A stretch of DNA of 63,979 nucleotides, counting the filler, from a bacterium (GTDB lineage Bacteria > JALSQH01), in the NCBI GenBank assembly GCA_026985515.1. It is 9 parts of 9 records of this genome, joined end to end, with 100 filler letters (N's around TTAATTAATTAA, not from the genome) between each part and the next. Parts side by side here need not be neighbours in the genome. Positions count along the whole stretch, not along the records: positions 19,736 to 29,386 come from JALSQH010000178.1; positions 29,487 to 39,070 come from JALSQH010000180.1; 7 more parts are not named here. One strand, 5' to 3'. Of this stretch, positions 20,157 through 31,024 are shown piece after piece. The notes beneath the pieces are model-generated. The model did not search any database. It was not told where the DNA came from and saw only the letters and a program-made list of their open reading frames with translations. Each line of letters begins with the position of its first letter. Within the stretch, counting starts at the first letter, position 1. The translations under genes and the position numbers were made by a program.

Positions 20157-20735
20157 ATGGAGAGAGAAGTAAAAAGGGAAATTGTTAAAGCTGGCAGAAT
20201 ATTATTTGATCTGGGCCTTGTGGGTTACACCAGTGGAAATATCAGTGCATTAATGGGAAACACAATTTTCATAACAAGGACGGGAAGCAAACTGGGTTAT
20301 CTTTCAGAAAAGGACATAGTTTCTTTCACCCTCAACGAAAAAATCCCTGAAACTGCATCTGTTGAAAGTATAGTTCACAGAGCTATATATGCCTCAACAA
20401 CCTCAACTCACATTATTCACGCTCATCCTCCACATCTTGTAGCTCTGAGTCTTATTCAAAGAAAAATCATACCTCTGGACGCGGAAGGTAAGTACTACTT
20501 AAAAGAGATTCCGGTTTACAGAGCTCGAAATCCCATAGGAAGTGAAGAGGTGGCAGAAATTGCCTCATCTGTTGCAAAAGAACACAAATTGATCCTCATA
20601 AGATCACACGGCATTTTCGTCCATGGAAATTCGTGGGATGAAGTTTTAAACATTGCATCTGTGGCTGAAAAAAGTGCACAGATTATCTTTCTCACCGCTC
20701 AGATCAAAAATTATTCTTTGCGGGAAAAAAAATAA
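20157..20735 (+). CDS. Class II aldolase/adducin family protein (FucA-like)
   Basis: SGNIS, ITRTGS, ASVESIVHRAIY, IIHAHP, LIRSHG Zn-binding histidines. Confidence 0.85.
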   Translation: MEREVKREIVKAGRILFDLGLVGYTSGNISALMGNTIFITRTGSKLGYLSEKDIVSFTLNEKIPETASVESIVHRAIYASTTSTHIIHAHPPHLVALSLIQRKIIPLDAEGKYYLKEIPVYRARNPIGSEEVAEIASSVAKEHKLILIRSHGIFVHGNSWDEVLNIASVAEKSAQIIFLTAQIKNYSLREKK

Positions 20736-20762
20736 TAGTTATAATGAATTTTGAAATCTTAA

Positions 20763-21498
<736 letters not shown>

Positions 21499-22275
21499 TC
21501 TATCTGCGTCACTTGCAGGACCTGCACCACCTGCATCTGTAAAATTACCTGAGGGATTATCGGGAAACATCGCTCTGGGAATAAATCTCTTTTCTGGCAA
21601 CTACAGGGTCAAGACCATGACATTTAAACTCCTTGCAAATTTTAACATTCCCCAGAATCTTCTGATTTTTAGAAGCGACATTAACTACGGAACCATCAGC
21701 TACGACGGGAAACACTACATAGAAAACACCAATAACTATTCCTTTGAATTCAAACATCTGCTCTTCTTCCATTCTGGCGGGAAGAGTTATACCTTCTACG
21801 ACCTGCAGGATCAGAGTGACAGATTCCGGGGATACTGGAATATATTCGGAATTGAAAGTGGATTGGGATACAATCTCTTCGAATTAAAGGATCTTACTGT
21901 GAGAGGCGAAATAGGAATGGATTACAGTCAGATTCGCTATACACTGACACCTGAGGAAAATGTGGTTTCAGGAATGCTATTTTTTCATCTCTCATGGAAG
22001 CCGCTGGAAAACATTTCTTTTCTCTTTGAAAGCAAATATCTCTCCAATTTGAAGCATCCTCATCTGCAGGACTATCGATTGGAATCACTTCTTAGCTCCA
22101 TGATTGCCATAACTTCAAAAATTGGACTGAAAATTGACTTTAACATTGTATACATAAATCTTCCACCACTCATAACCCCGGTGGATTCTGAAGGTAAACC
22201 CATACCGGGCAGAGAGCCAGTCCCGGGGAAGAGAATCTCCTATTCACTCATACAGTCCATAATGGTGAAATTCTG

Positions 22276-23310
22276 ATGAAGTATGTTGTTGGTTTCAGTG
22301 GAGGAGTCGACAGTACAGCGGTGGTCTTAAAACTCCTTGAGGAAGGTCATGAGGTTGAAGCTGTAACAATGGACTGGATTCCTGAAGAGTTACCATCCCA
22401 TGAGTATTCCCAGAAAGTCATAAAACGAGCGTGCGAACTTGCAGAAAAAATAGGTATAAAATGCCGCATAATTGATGTGAGAATGGAGTTTTATCAGAAA
22501 GTCATTGAATATTTTATAACCACCTATCTGAAAGGTAAAACTCCCAACCCATGTGCGATGTGTAACAGATTCATAAAATTTGGAATTTTCTTTGAAAAAG
22601 CCACCAGTGATGATTCCACATATGCGACAGGGCACTATGCAAGAATCGCAAAATTTCAGGGTAAGCTGACAATAAGGAGAGGGGTGGAGAAAAGGATTGA
22701 GCAGAGCTACTTCCTCGCAATGGTAAAACCTGAAGTATTGAGAAAAGTTGAATTTCCTCTGGGAGGACTGACAAGGTCTGAGGTGGAAAAATATGTAGCA
22801 GAAAAAGGGTATAAAATTGAACCCAAAAGTCAGGAAATCTGTTTTATAAATGGAAACTTCTGGGAATTGATAAGTGGAAAAGTCAGGAAAAGAAAAAATG
22901 GATGGTTAATTGGGCCTCATGGAGAAAAATTGAGAGAAATAAGTGACTTTTACAGATACACAATCGGACAGAGAAAAGGCCTCAGAGTCCCCTATGGGAA
23001 ACCTCTATATGTTGAGAAAATTGACCCTGAATCTGGAAATGTTTACCTGACAACTGCGGAAAATCTTGGCTGGACTTTTCTCAGTATAAAAAATTGCAAC
23101 TGGTTTATTGAACCTGTTGCTGGAAAAGAATATCTTATTCAGATACGCTACAGAACTCCCCCTTCTCCGGGCAGAATTGTGGAACTGAATCAGGATGCGT
23201 GTTTGATAAAACTTGACTCGAAACAGGTTATTGTACCGGGACAGATTGCTGCTGTATATGATGGTGACTACCTCGCTGGTGGAGGAATAATAGAGGAAAG
23301 GTGGAAATGA
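22276..23310 (+). CDS. mnmA: tRNA 2-thiouridine(34) synthase MnmA
   Basis: SGGVDS PP-loop, TPNPCAMCNRFIKFG, ATGHYA, QSYFL, SQEICF, YTIGQRKGL, PGQIAAVY. Confidence 0.95.
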   Translation: MKYVVGFSGGVDSTAVVLKLLEEGHEVEAVTMDWIPEELPSHEYSQKVIKRACELAEKIGIKCRIIDVRMEFYQKVIEYFITTYLKGKTPNPCAMCNRFIKFGIFFEKATSDDSTYATGHYARIAKFQGKLTIRRGVEKRIEQSYFLAMVKPEVLRKVEFPLGGLTRSEVEKYVAEKGYKIEPKSQEICFINGNFWELISGKVRKRKNGWLIGPHGEKLREISDFYRYTIGQRKGLRVPYGKPLYVEKIDPESGNVYLTTAENLGWTFLSIKNCNWFIEPVAGKEYLIQIRYRTPPSPGRIVELNQDACLIKLDSKQVIVPGQIAAVYDGDYLAGGGIIEERWK

Positions 23311-24590
23311 AAAAAGTTGCCTTTCACACACTGGGATGCAAGGTTAATTATTACGACGAATGCTGGATAAGGGAAAACCTCCCTGCTGGCTTTGAAGAAG
23401 TAAAATTTACAGAAAAGGCAGATTTCTACATTATCAACTCCTGCGCTGTGACAAAAAAAGCGCAGATGGAGAGCAGAAGATATGCGCACCAGGCAAAAAG
23501 GAGAAACCCGGAAGCCAGGGTCATCTACACAGGCTGTGGAGCAGAAATTGCCGATGAGGATTTAATTGAAAAGGGTTGGGCAGATTTTGTAATTGGAACA
23601 AGTATGAAGGAAAAAGTTATAGATGCTGTAAAAGGTGCAATCACCCCGGGTATCTACAGGGCCAACTCAAGAAAAATGAAAGAAGTAAAATGTTTTGGCA
23701 CAACTTCCTTCACCACGACAAGGGGATTTTTAAAAATTCAGGAAGGTTGTGATCTGATGTGTACATACTGCATTGTTCCATACACACGGGGCAAAAGCAG
23801 AAGCGTTCCGGTTAAAATCGTTATTGGAGAACTTGAAAAACTCTTTAGAATGGGTTTCAAAGAAGTGGTGATAACAGGGATTCACCTCGGCCTCTATGGA
23901 AAAGATACCGGTGAAAGCCTGGAAGAACTCCTGAAAGAAATCGCTCGAAGAGAAGATTTCACAAGGATCAGGTTAACTTCACTTGATCCACATGAAGTCA
24001 GTGATGAGATGTTAAAAATCATCGCTGACTCTCGAAATATTATGCCCCACTTCCACCTCTCCTTCCAGAGTGGTTGTGATATACTTTTGAAAAGAATGGG
24101 GAGAAGATATACAGTAAAAGATCTGGAAAATGTTGTGAACAAAATAAGAAGGCTCTTTGACAATCCTTCAATAGGAGTTGATGTTATCGTGGGTTTTCCA
24201 GGTGAAACAGATGAAATGTTTAAAAAAACAAAGGAACTACTTGAGAAACTGGAGATCAATTACATTCATCCATTCACATATTCAGACAGACCGGGTACGC
24301 CATCAACAAAGTTTCCTGGCAGGGTTGATCCAGTGGTAAAACATGAGAGAATAAGAGAGATGAAACTCCTCGATTCAAAGCTCCGGGAAAAATGGGCTGA
24401 AAAAAATCTCAATCGCCAGTTAAATGTACTTACCGAAGAGATTAAAGAGGGATACTGGTTTGGTTACGGAGAAAATTATCTGCCTGTTCTGATTCACCCT
24501 GATGACAGAGTTGAGGCAAACAACATTTACAGAGTAAAAGTAATTCAGAGAAGGGGAAAATATGGAATTGGAAAAGTTATCAGAACTTGA
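23307..24590 (+). CDS. mtaB: tRNA t6A(37) methylthiotransferase MtaB
   Basis: TLGCKVNYYD, INSCAVT, TGC, LKIQEGCDLMCTYCIVP.TRG.SRS, TGIHLG.YG, TRAM-like tail; ATGA coupling with mnmA. Confidence 0.92.
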   Translation: MKKVAFHTLGCKVNYYDECWIRENLPAGFEEVKFTEKADFYIINSCAVTKKAQMESRRYAHQAKRRNPEARVIYTGCGAEIADEDLIEKGWADFVIGTSMKEKVIDAVKGAITPGIYRANSRKMKEVKCFGTTSFTTTRGFLKIQEGCDLMCTYCIVPYTRGKSRSVPVKIVIGELEKLFRMGFKEVVITGIHLGLYGKDTGESLEELLKEIARREDFTRIRLTSLDPHEVSDEMLKIIADSRNIMPHFHLSFQSGCDILLKRMGRRYTVKDLENVVNKIRRLFDNPSIGVDVIVGFPGETDEMFKKTKELLEKLEINYIHPFTYSDRPGTPSTKFPGRVDPVVKHERIREMKLLDSKLREKWAEKNLNRQLNVLTEEIKEGYWFGYGENYLPVLIHPDDRVEANNIYRVKVIQRRGKYGIGKVIRT

Positions 24591-25260
24591 AAGAAAAATC
24601 GGTTACACATTCAGGGAGAAAAATCTGCTTATTGAGGCACTTACCCACCCCTCTTATCCCGGTGATGGACACAATGTGCCTGATTATGAGAGGCTGGAAT
24701 TTCTGGGTGATGCAGTTGTTGAGCTTGCAGTTACCAGATTCCTGTTTGAGAAATTTAAGGAAAAGGATGAAGGGGAATTGACAAAAATGCGGGCAGCCAT
24801 CGTTAACAGAGACGCCCTTGCAGAGGATGCTTTAAAAATAGGCCTTGGTGAATATATTATTCTTGGAGAGGGTGAGAAGAGAAGCGGAGGGAAAAATAGA
24901 ACCTCTATTCTCTCCTGCGCAATGGAAGCTGTTGTTGGTGCTGTATTTGTTGATGCTGGATATGAAAAAGCAGAGGAGATCGTAAAAAAATTCATTCTGG
25001 ATGAATATGAGAAAAAATTGAGCAGGATAAAGGATGACAAAAATTTCAAGGGTATCCTGCAGGAGTATGTTCAGAAAAAATTTCACACACTGCCCATATA
25101 TTCAGTGGTGAAAGAAGATGGGCCACCTCACCAGAGAACATTCGAAGTGGAAGTCAGAATTAAAAATAAAACCATGGGAAAAGGGAAGGGTAAAAGCCTC
25201 AAAGAGGCAGAGAGAAAAGCAGCACAGGAGGCACTTGAAAAACTGAAGGAGGAAAAATGA
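24562..25260 (+). CDS. rnc: Ribonuclease III
   Basis: ALTHPSY, ERLEFLGDAV, EAVVGAVFVD; dsRBD KGILQEYVQ...GPPHQRTF...AERKAA. Confidence 0.97.
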   Translation: MELEKLSELERKIGYTFREKNLLIEALTHPSYPGDGHNVPDYERLEFLGDAVVELAVTRFLFEKFKEKDEGELTKMRAAIVNRDALAEDALKIGLGEYIILGEGEKRSGGKNRTSILSCAMEAVVGAVFVDAGYEKAEEIVKKFILDEYEKKLSRIKDDKNFKGILQEYVQKKFHTLPIYSVVKEDGPPHQRTFEVEVRIKNKTMGKGKGKSLKEAERKAAQEALEKLKEEK

Positions 25261-26183
25261 GAGTCTTTCCGGAAGATTTTATGGAAAAGTACAAAAACTT
25301 TCATGCAGGCTATATTACAATTGTGGGTAAACCAAATGTGGGGAAATCCACCCTGCTTAACAATCTCCTTGGCGAAAAAATTTCCATTGTCACCCACAAA
25401 CCACAGACAACCAGAAACAGAATTTTAGGTGTGAAAACTCTACCCGATGCACAGCTGATCTTCTGGGACACGCCGGGTTACCATAGAGGGAAAAAGGAAC
25501 TTAACAGAGCAATGATTGAACAGATCAAAAAAACCCTTGAAGAGATAGATGAAGTGCTCATGATTTCAGATGTCACAAGACCCTTTGGAAGTGATGAAAA
25601 GGAACTGATAAGTCTGCTAAAAAAAACGGATAAGCCCATAATCCTTGCTCTCAACAAAATTGATCTGATAAGGAAGGATCAGCTGCTTCCTCTGATTGAT
25701 CAGTACAAGGATATTCTCCCGTTTAAGGAAATTGTTCCCATTTCAGCCCTCAAAGGTAGCAATATATGGGACCTTGAGGAAACATTAAAAAAGTACCTTC
25801 CCATCCAGCCTCCCCTTTTCCCCGAAGACTACCTCACCGACATTCCCGAAAGATTTCTCGTTGCAGAGATAATAAGGGAAAAAATTTTTATTCTCACTTA
25901 CAAAGAGATACCATACTCAACAGCAGTTGTGGTGGATGAATTTAAAGAAGAACCTGAGAGAAATTTTATATTCATAAGAGCCACAATTCATGTTGAAAGA
26001 GAATCTCAGAAAAAGATAATAATTGGTAGAAACGGCCAGATGCTGAAGAAAATAGGTCAGTATGCGAGGGAAGAAATTGAGGCACTTTTAGGAGTCAAAA
26101 TTTACCTGGAACTCTGGGTAAAAGTATCCCCCAACTGGACGGACACAGCCCGCGCTATCAGGGAATTTGGATATTATCAGTGA
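25257..26183 (+). CDS. era: GTPase Era
   Basis: GKPNVGKSTL, KPQTTR, DTPG, NKID, EIPYS, KH domain IIIGRNGQMLKKIG. Confidence 0.97.
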   Translation: MRVFPEDFMEKYKNFHAGYITIVGKPNVGKSTLLNNLLGEKISIVTHKPQTTRNRILGVKTLPDAQLIFWDTPGYHRGKKELNRAMIEQIKKTLEEIDEVLMISDVTRPFGSDEKELISLLKKTDKPIILALNKIDLIRKDQLLPLIDQYKDILPFKEIVPISALKGSNIWDLEETLKKYLPIQPPLFPEDYLTDIPERFLVAEIIREKIFILTYKEIPYSTAVVVDEFKEEPERNFIFIRATIHVERESQKKIIIGRNGQMLKKIGQYAREEIEALLGVKIYLELWVKVSPNWTDTARAIREFGYYQ

Positions 26184-26338
26184 ATCCACGAAAGATTGAA
26201 AAAATAGAAAAAAAACTCATAAAAAGGGGAACCAGAAAGCAGAATAAAAAGGAAAGACTTCTTCAGGAAGTCAGGGAGAAATTTAAAGAATGGCTACAGG
26301 TAACAGAGAAAGAATGGTGGAAAAAAAGATCCCGTTGA
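26180..26338 (+). CDS. Possible small basic protein (52 aa) between era and der
   Basis: GTG start overlaps the era stop (GTGA); MNPRKIEKIEKKLIKRGTRKQNKKERLLQEVREKFKEWLQVTEKEWWKKRSR fills the gap and overlaps the der start; below the ORF-track cutoff. Confidence 0.4.
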   Translation: MNPRKIEKIEKKLIKRGTRKQNKKERLLQEVREKFKEWLQVTEKEWWKKRSR

Positions 26339-27636
26339 TTGTACTTGCCGGCAGGCAGAATGTGGGAAAATCTTCAATTTTCAACGCAATTACCAGCAGC
26401 AGAAAAGCTCTTGTTGACGATACACCAGGTGTTACAAGAGACCCGATCTCTTCCTATGTCACTGTGGAAGGAAGGATTTTTGAACTGGTGGACCTGGGGG
26501 GATTCGGAGGAAGAGATATACTGCAGGAAAAAGTGGAAAACACAGGTCTTGATTATATTAAAAAATCTGATCTTGTGATTCTCGTCTTTGACGGGAAAGA
26601 GGGGCTTACACCCACAGATATTGAAATACTCAACAGAATAAGGAAACTGGGCAAACCGCTACTACCAGTAATAAACAAAGTGGATAATAAAAAAATAAGA
26701 AAAAACACCCTTGAATTCTTCGAAGCAGGTATACCTGAATTTATAACGATATCAGCTATTCACAGAACAGGGCTGGATGAACTGCTGGATAGAATAATTA
26801 AACTGACAAATCCACCTGAGGGCAAAATAGAGGAGGAAGAAAAAATAAAAATTTCATTCGTGGGGAGACCAAATGTGGGTAAATCTTCCCTCATTAACAG
26901 AATAATAGGTGAAGATCACCTGATCACGAGTGAGGTACCGGGAACAACTCGTGACACAATCGATATTTCATTCATCTGGAAAGGAAAACTCTTCACAATA
27001 ATTGATACGCCTGGCGTCAGGAGAAGAACAAAAATTGACACACGACTGGAAAGAAAATCATCACTGAGAAGCATTGACACAATTGAAAGATCAGACATTG
27101 TGATTCTGGTCATTGATTCATATGAAGGCATCACGATGCAGGACCTCCGTCTACTCTCCCTTGCGGAAAGACGGGGTAGAGCAGTTATTCTGGCTCTCAA
27201 TAAGGTGGACCTGCTTCCAGACCCAGTTAAATTTGAAAAAGATGCAAGGAGATACATAGATTTCAGATACCCCTTTCTCAAACACACCCCCATAGTTGTT
27301 GTCTCAGCCAGGACAGGCTATGGGCTCGGGCACCTTCACAAAACGATTCTGACTACCCATGAGAAGTTCAGAAAAAGGATAACTACCGGACAGCTTAATC
27401 GATTTTTCAGAGAGGTGATTGAGCATCACGGGCATCCTCTCGGGAAGGGATTCAAACCTGTCAAATTTTACTACATAACCCAGATAGAAACAGCTCCTCC
27501 CACATTTGTTCTGTTTACCAACAGACCCGACGAAGTTTCAGAAAACTACATAAAGTATGTAAAAAACAGACTCAAAGAGGAATTTGATTTCTTTGGAGTT
27601 CCTGTGAGGATTCTTTTAAAAAAAAGAGGCGAATAA
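26314..27636 (+). CDS. der: Ribosome biogenesis GTPase Der (EngA)
   Basis: Two G domains: GRQNVGKSS/PGVTRD/NKVD and GRPNVGKSS/PGTTRD/DTPG/NKVD; KH-like tail YITQ...PPTFV. Confidence 0.95.
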   Translation: MVEKKIPLIVLAGRQNVGKSSIFNAITSSRKALVDDTPGVTRDPISSYVTVEGRIFELVDLGGFGGRDILQEKVENTGLDYIKKSDLVILVFDGKEGLTPTDIEILNRIRKLGKPLLPVINKVDNKKIRKNTLEFFEAGIPEFITISAIHRTGLDELLDRIIKLTNPPEGKIEEEEKIKISFVGRPNVGKSSLINRIIGEDHLITSEVPGTTRDTIDISFIWKGKLFTIIDTPGVRRRTKIDTRLERKSSLRSIDTIERSDIVILVIDSYEGITMQDLRLLSLAERRGRAVILALNKVDLLPDPVKFEKDARRYIDFRYPFLKHTPIVVVSARTGYGLGHLHKTILTTHEKFRKRITTGQLNRFFREVIEHHGHPLGKGFKPVKFYYITQIETAPPTFVLFTNRPDEVSENYIKYVKNRLKEEFDFFGVPVRILLKKRGE

Positions 27637-28905
27637 CTACCTGATGAGTCCTGTAAAAAAATCTATTTCATAAGACGCCGAGGCACTTTTCTCATTTCTA
27701 TCATAAAGAGTGACACTTCCAGTCCCTTTAGAAAGGAGAAAATACTTCAGATCCCCTTCCTCATCAGGAGAAACCTTTTTCTTATCAAATTTATCCCACC
27801 AGTATGAAAAATGCCATAATCCGCCGAGAATGGATGAAGCGGTAAAATCGAATGTTCCCTCCTTTGATTGTAACCTGCCCGAAAAAGTTACTGAATCTGG
27901 ATGGGAAACCCATGCAACTTTCCCTTTAAAATCGTTGTATGTAATCTGAACAATACCATCTAATGAAGTGATTTTAATTTTGTCAACATGACCATCATTG
28001 TAAATAATCTCCTGTTCAAAATTCACTCCATTCTTTTCTTCAACGATAACTTCCCTTCTAACAACAGGAGAAGCTTTTTGCTGTGTATTGTAAATGGATT
28101 TAAGGGGAGTTTCACCTGTAGTTGTGGATGAAAAGGTTAAAGAGTTTCCATCAGCAAGGTCTTTAAAACTGAACCACTCCCCTACAGTAATCGAGAGGGA
28201 GAAAAAGGAGGGAGATTCCATATGTATCCTTTCTGAGGAACTTTTTTTCTCAATAACCCTCCCATCATCAAGTTCAACTCTCCCTGTGAAATATGTAACA
28301 TTACCGGCAAACCAGCCGCAACGTACTGAGAAAGTTATTGAATCAAAATAATAGCACTTCTGTTCACTTTCTACAGGGGAGAGAGGAGGAAAAGTTGTTT
28401 TTATACATATTGACCCACTTCTGCCTCCCCTGAATTCAACCACTCTCCTTGAACCATCCCTCATCCTCTGAGAATCATTTCCAGCGTAAACCACTCCAGA
28501 AGTCAATCCTCCGGAATAAATATCCTTCAAATCAACAACCAGCTCTCTCTCCTTTATTCTGGAATTTCCAGGATAAAAAATCTTTACAAAACCTCTGCAG
28601 GATTCCCGGGTAATACAATCACTGAAATCGTAATTAATTTCCTCTCCTCCAGTTCCTGTAACATTTCCTGTGTATGAAGTCAACTCTGCCGGAAATATCC
28701 CCGCAAGGGGAAAATCTGCTTCCGGGTCCTCCTCCAGTTTCTCCCCATTTAGCATCGCACTGCTCCAGTAAAAGAGTTGTAGAGTTTCATCAAGTCTCAC
28801 TGCAAATTCAAGCTTTTCAACTGGAGTCTCCTCACTTTTGAAACCAAGATTGCAGGCTGTGAATATCATCAGGAAAAGGAGGAGCAAAAATTTACAGTTT
28901 CCCAT
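27637..28905 (-). CDS. Hypothetical beta-rich lipoprotein
   Basis: Signal peptide ending FTAC; long ORF coupled to the upstream PilZ-like gene. Confidence 0.6.
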   Translation of the reverse strand: MGNCKFLLLLFLMIFTACNLGFKSEETPVEKLEFAVRLDETLQLFYWSSAMLNGEKLEEDPEADFPLAGIFPAELTSYTGNVTGTGGEEINYDFSDCITRESCRGFVKIFYPGNSRIKERELVVDLKDIYSGGLTSGVVYAGNDSQRMRDGSRRVVEFRGGRSGSICIKTTFPPLSPVESEQKCYYFDSITFSVRCGWFAGNVTYFTGRVELDDGRVIEKKSSSERIHMESPSFFSLSITVGEWFSFKDLADGNSLTFSSTTTGETPLKSIYNTQQKASPVVRREVIVEEKNGVNFEQEIIYNDGHVDKIKITSLDGIVQITYNDFKGKVAWVSHPDSVTFSGRLQSKEGTFDFTASSILGGLWHFSYWWDKFDKKKVSPDEEGDLKYFLLSKGTGSVTLYDRNEKSASASYEIDFFTGLIR

Positions 28906-29218
28906 GCTTCCTTTTCCACTCAAGTATCATGGAGAGATTTTTTTTGCTTCTGTCATCAAGTTCCAGAAATTTTATGTACCATCCGAAGGGAGGTTTTCTG
29001 GCAACCTCTTCAACCTTTCCGGTCCCCTTAAGAATATGTCTCCCACTGGGAAGAAGGAAATTAAAATGAATTACAGTTCCCTCTTCTATTTCCCTTCCTG
29101 TGGGTATAAAAAGGCCGTCCTCCTTTACATAATCTGCCATTTCCAGCATAAACTGCTTACTTGACTCAAACTCCTTTCTTATTTGCTGCCCAAGACCGAT
29201 TTTTCCTATCTTCCCCAT
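28892..29218 (-). CDS. TIGR02266-like (myxobacterial PilZ-related) single-domain protein
   Basis: F.S..QF......V...GLFIPT.....GT.I.F.F.LP.G...LKG.GKV........G..IKFLELD..S. Confidence 0.65.
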   Translation of the reverse strand: MGKIGKIGLGQQIRKEFESSKQFMLEMADYVKEDGLFIPTGREIEEGTVIHFNFLLPSGRHILKGTGKVEEVARKPPFGWYIKFLELDDRSKKNLSMILEWKRKHGKL

Positions 29219-29348
29219 TTTTTATAAAATCCCGTTTTAGTATAGTATAGCACATAACCTGGACAAAGTGAAACAATGCGCTTTAGCTCAAAAATAATCT
29301 TACCGAAAAAGGTGGTGTTTACTCAGAAAAATTCCCATAATAAAATTC

Positions 29349-29376
29349 GTGGCCGCACCAAGAAAGGCACGGCCAC
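29349..29376 (-). terminator. Probable intrinsic terminator of an off-contig minus-strand gene
   Basis: Minus strand GTGGCCGTGCC-TTTCTT-GGTGCGGCCAC (11-bp stem with 2 G-U) followed by GAATTTTATT. Confidence 0.45.
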
Positions 29377-29486
29377 ATCAAAACATNNNNNNNNNNNNNN
29401 NNNNNNNNNNNNNNNNNNNNNNNNNNNNNNTTAATTAATTAANNNNNNNNNNNNNNNNNNNNNNNNNNNNNNNNNNNNNNNNNNNN

Positions 29487-29886
29487 GAATTCATACCCCT
29501 ACGATCCCCTTTCAGTTAAGGCAAAATTTATGCTTGCTGAATGTTACAGAAATCTCTCTGATACCTATGATAGAGATCTGCAGAATATACAACTTGCCTA
29601 TCAGAATTATGAAGAGTTTCTGGAATTCTGCAGAATGAAAAATGGTGTAAATCCTGAATTTTGCAGGGACAAAATTGAAAAGGCTGTTAAGTTAAAATCT
29701 GAGATGGAGGACAAACTGGCTAAGAGAATTCTCTACATTGCCAGATTTTATCTGAAAAGGGGATACAAACTGGCAGCTTATGAAAGGCTAAAGGAACTGC
29801 TTGACAAGTATCCCGATTCCTCTGTTGCAGAGGATGCCAGGAGAGTTTATGAAAGATTAAGTGGAGAGTTATGGGGAGAAAAGTAG
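29487..29886 (+). CDS. bamD: Outer membrane assembly lipoprotein BamD, C-terminal part (5'-truncated)
   Basis: DRDLQNIQLAY..YEEFL...LAKRILYIARFYLKRGYKLAAYERLKELLDKYPDS. Confidence 0.8.
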
Positions 29887-30281
29887 CTTTCATACTTTTT
29901 GCCCTACTATTTGCGGCGGGGTGTACCAGAGAAAGCGATATCCAGAAAATAAAAGAGGTCATGAAGGAAAGAGTCTCTGCTCTTGAGAAGGGTGATTTAG
30001 AGCTTTATGCCAGACTCATTTCACCAGATTTCAGAGGCAAAAATGGTGAAAACAGAAGAGATGTTCTGAATAAAGTGAGCAGGATTTTTTCCCTTTCCTC
30101 TTCCAGAAAAATAGAAGTTATTGACCAGGCTGTCTACTTGCATGGTAAGAGGGCAGAAGTGGTTCAGAAGATCAGAATAATTTTGAAAAACAGGGATGGA
30201 AGGGAAAAGATCCTGAATGGAAAGGAAAAAATTTTACTTACAAAAGAAGGTGATAACTGGAAAATAACAGGTGGTCTCTGA
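29871..30281 (+). CDS. NTF2/SnoaL-like lipoprotein
   Basis: Lipobox AAGC; ALEKGDLELYARLISPDF...L.KEGDNWKI. Confidence 0.65.
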   Translation: MGRKVAFILFALLFAAGCTRESDIQKIKEVMKERVSALEKGDLELYARLISPDFRGKNGENRRDVLNKVSRIFSLSSSRKIEVIDQAVYLHGKRAEVVQKIRIILKNRDGREKILNGKEKILLTKEGDNWKITGGL

Positions 30282-30283
30282 AA

Positions 30284-31024
30284 ATGGGAATTGATGACAA
30301 ATTGAGGGAACATTACAGGCTGGGAAGGGAGGCTTTCCAGGCAGGCAGGTATAAGGAGGCAAAGGAACATTTGTTGAAATTTATTGAAGAGATTGACAGT
30401 TTTGCAGATGTTTACAATATGCTCGGAGTAATTTCTCAACTTGAGGGTGATGTTGAGAAAGCCAGATGGTACCTTGAGAAAGCTCTCTCCATTAATCCCA
30501 GGTATGTTGAAGCAGCTCTCAATCTTGCCATTGTTTACAGTGACATGGGAATGTATGAAGAGGCGCATGAAGCATACATGAAGGCAAGGGTTGGTTCCAG
30601 GGTGAAAAAGGGTGATCGACGAATAAAGGATAACCTTATAAAAGCAAAACTTGCAAATTTGCATGCTCAGATAGGTGATCTGCACGCGGGGCTGGGACTT
30701 TATGAAGACGCAGCAGCAGAATATAAAAAGGCCTTGATATTACAGCCAGATTTTGCCGACATAAGAAATAAACTGGGACTTGCATATAAGGAGATAGGGA
30801 GATTTGATGACGCTATTGCACAGTTTAAAAAGGCAATAGAAATCAATCCGAGATATGAACAGGCATATTTGAATCTTTCCATGGTTTACTATGCCAGAGG
30901 GCAGAGGGAAGAGGCGAAAAAGCTGCTGAGAGAACTTATACTTGAATTCCCGGAAAATAAACTGGCCTCATTGTACTATAAGACATTATTTGAAAACGAA
31001 CAGAATCAGAATGATAACAGGTAA
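30284..31024 (+). CDS. Tetratricopeptide repeat protein
   Basis: Multiple TPRs (FADVYNMLG, ALSINPRYVEAALNLA, PDFADIRNKLG, AIEINPRYEQAYLNL). Confidence 0.88.
   Translation: MGIDDKLREHYRLGREAFQAGRYKEAKEHLLKFIEEIDSFADVYNMLGVISQLEGDVEKARWYLEKALSINPRYVEAALNLAIVYSDMGMYEEAHEAYMKARVGSRVKKGDRRIKDNLIKAKLANLHAQIGDLHAGLGLYEDAAAEYKKALILQPDFADIRNKLGLAYKEIGRFDDAIAQFKKAIEINPRYEQAYLNLSMVYYARGQREEAKKLLRELILEFPENKLASLYYKTLFENEQNQNDNR

Noticed and set aside
26314..26520. Der G-domain 1 variants (GRQNVGKS, DLGG)
   Set aside because: Core GKS, TRD, DxxG and NKxD are intact; within normal divergence and not a pseudogene
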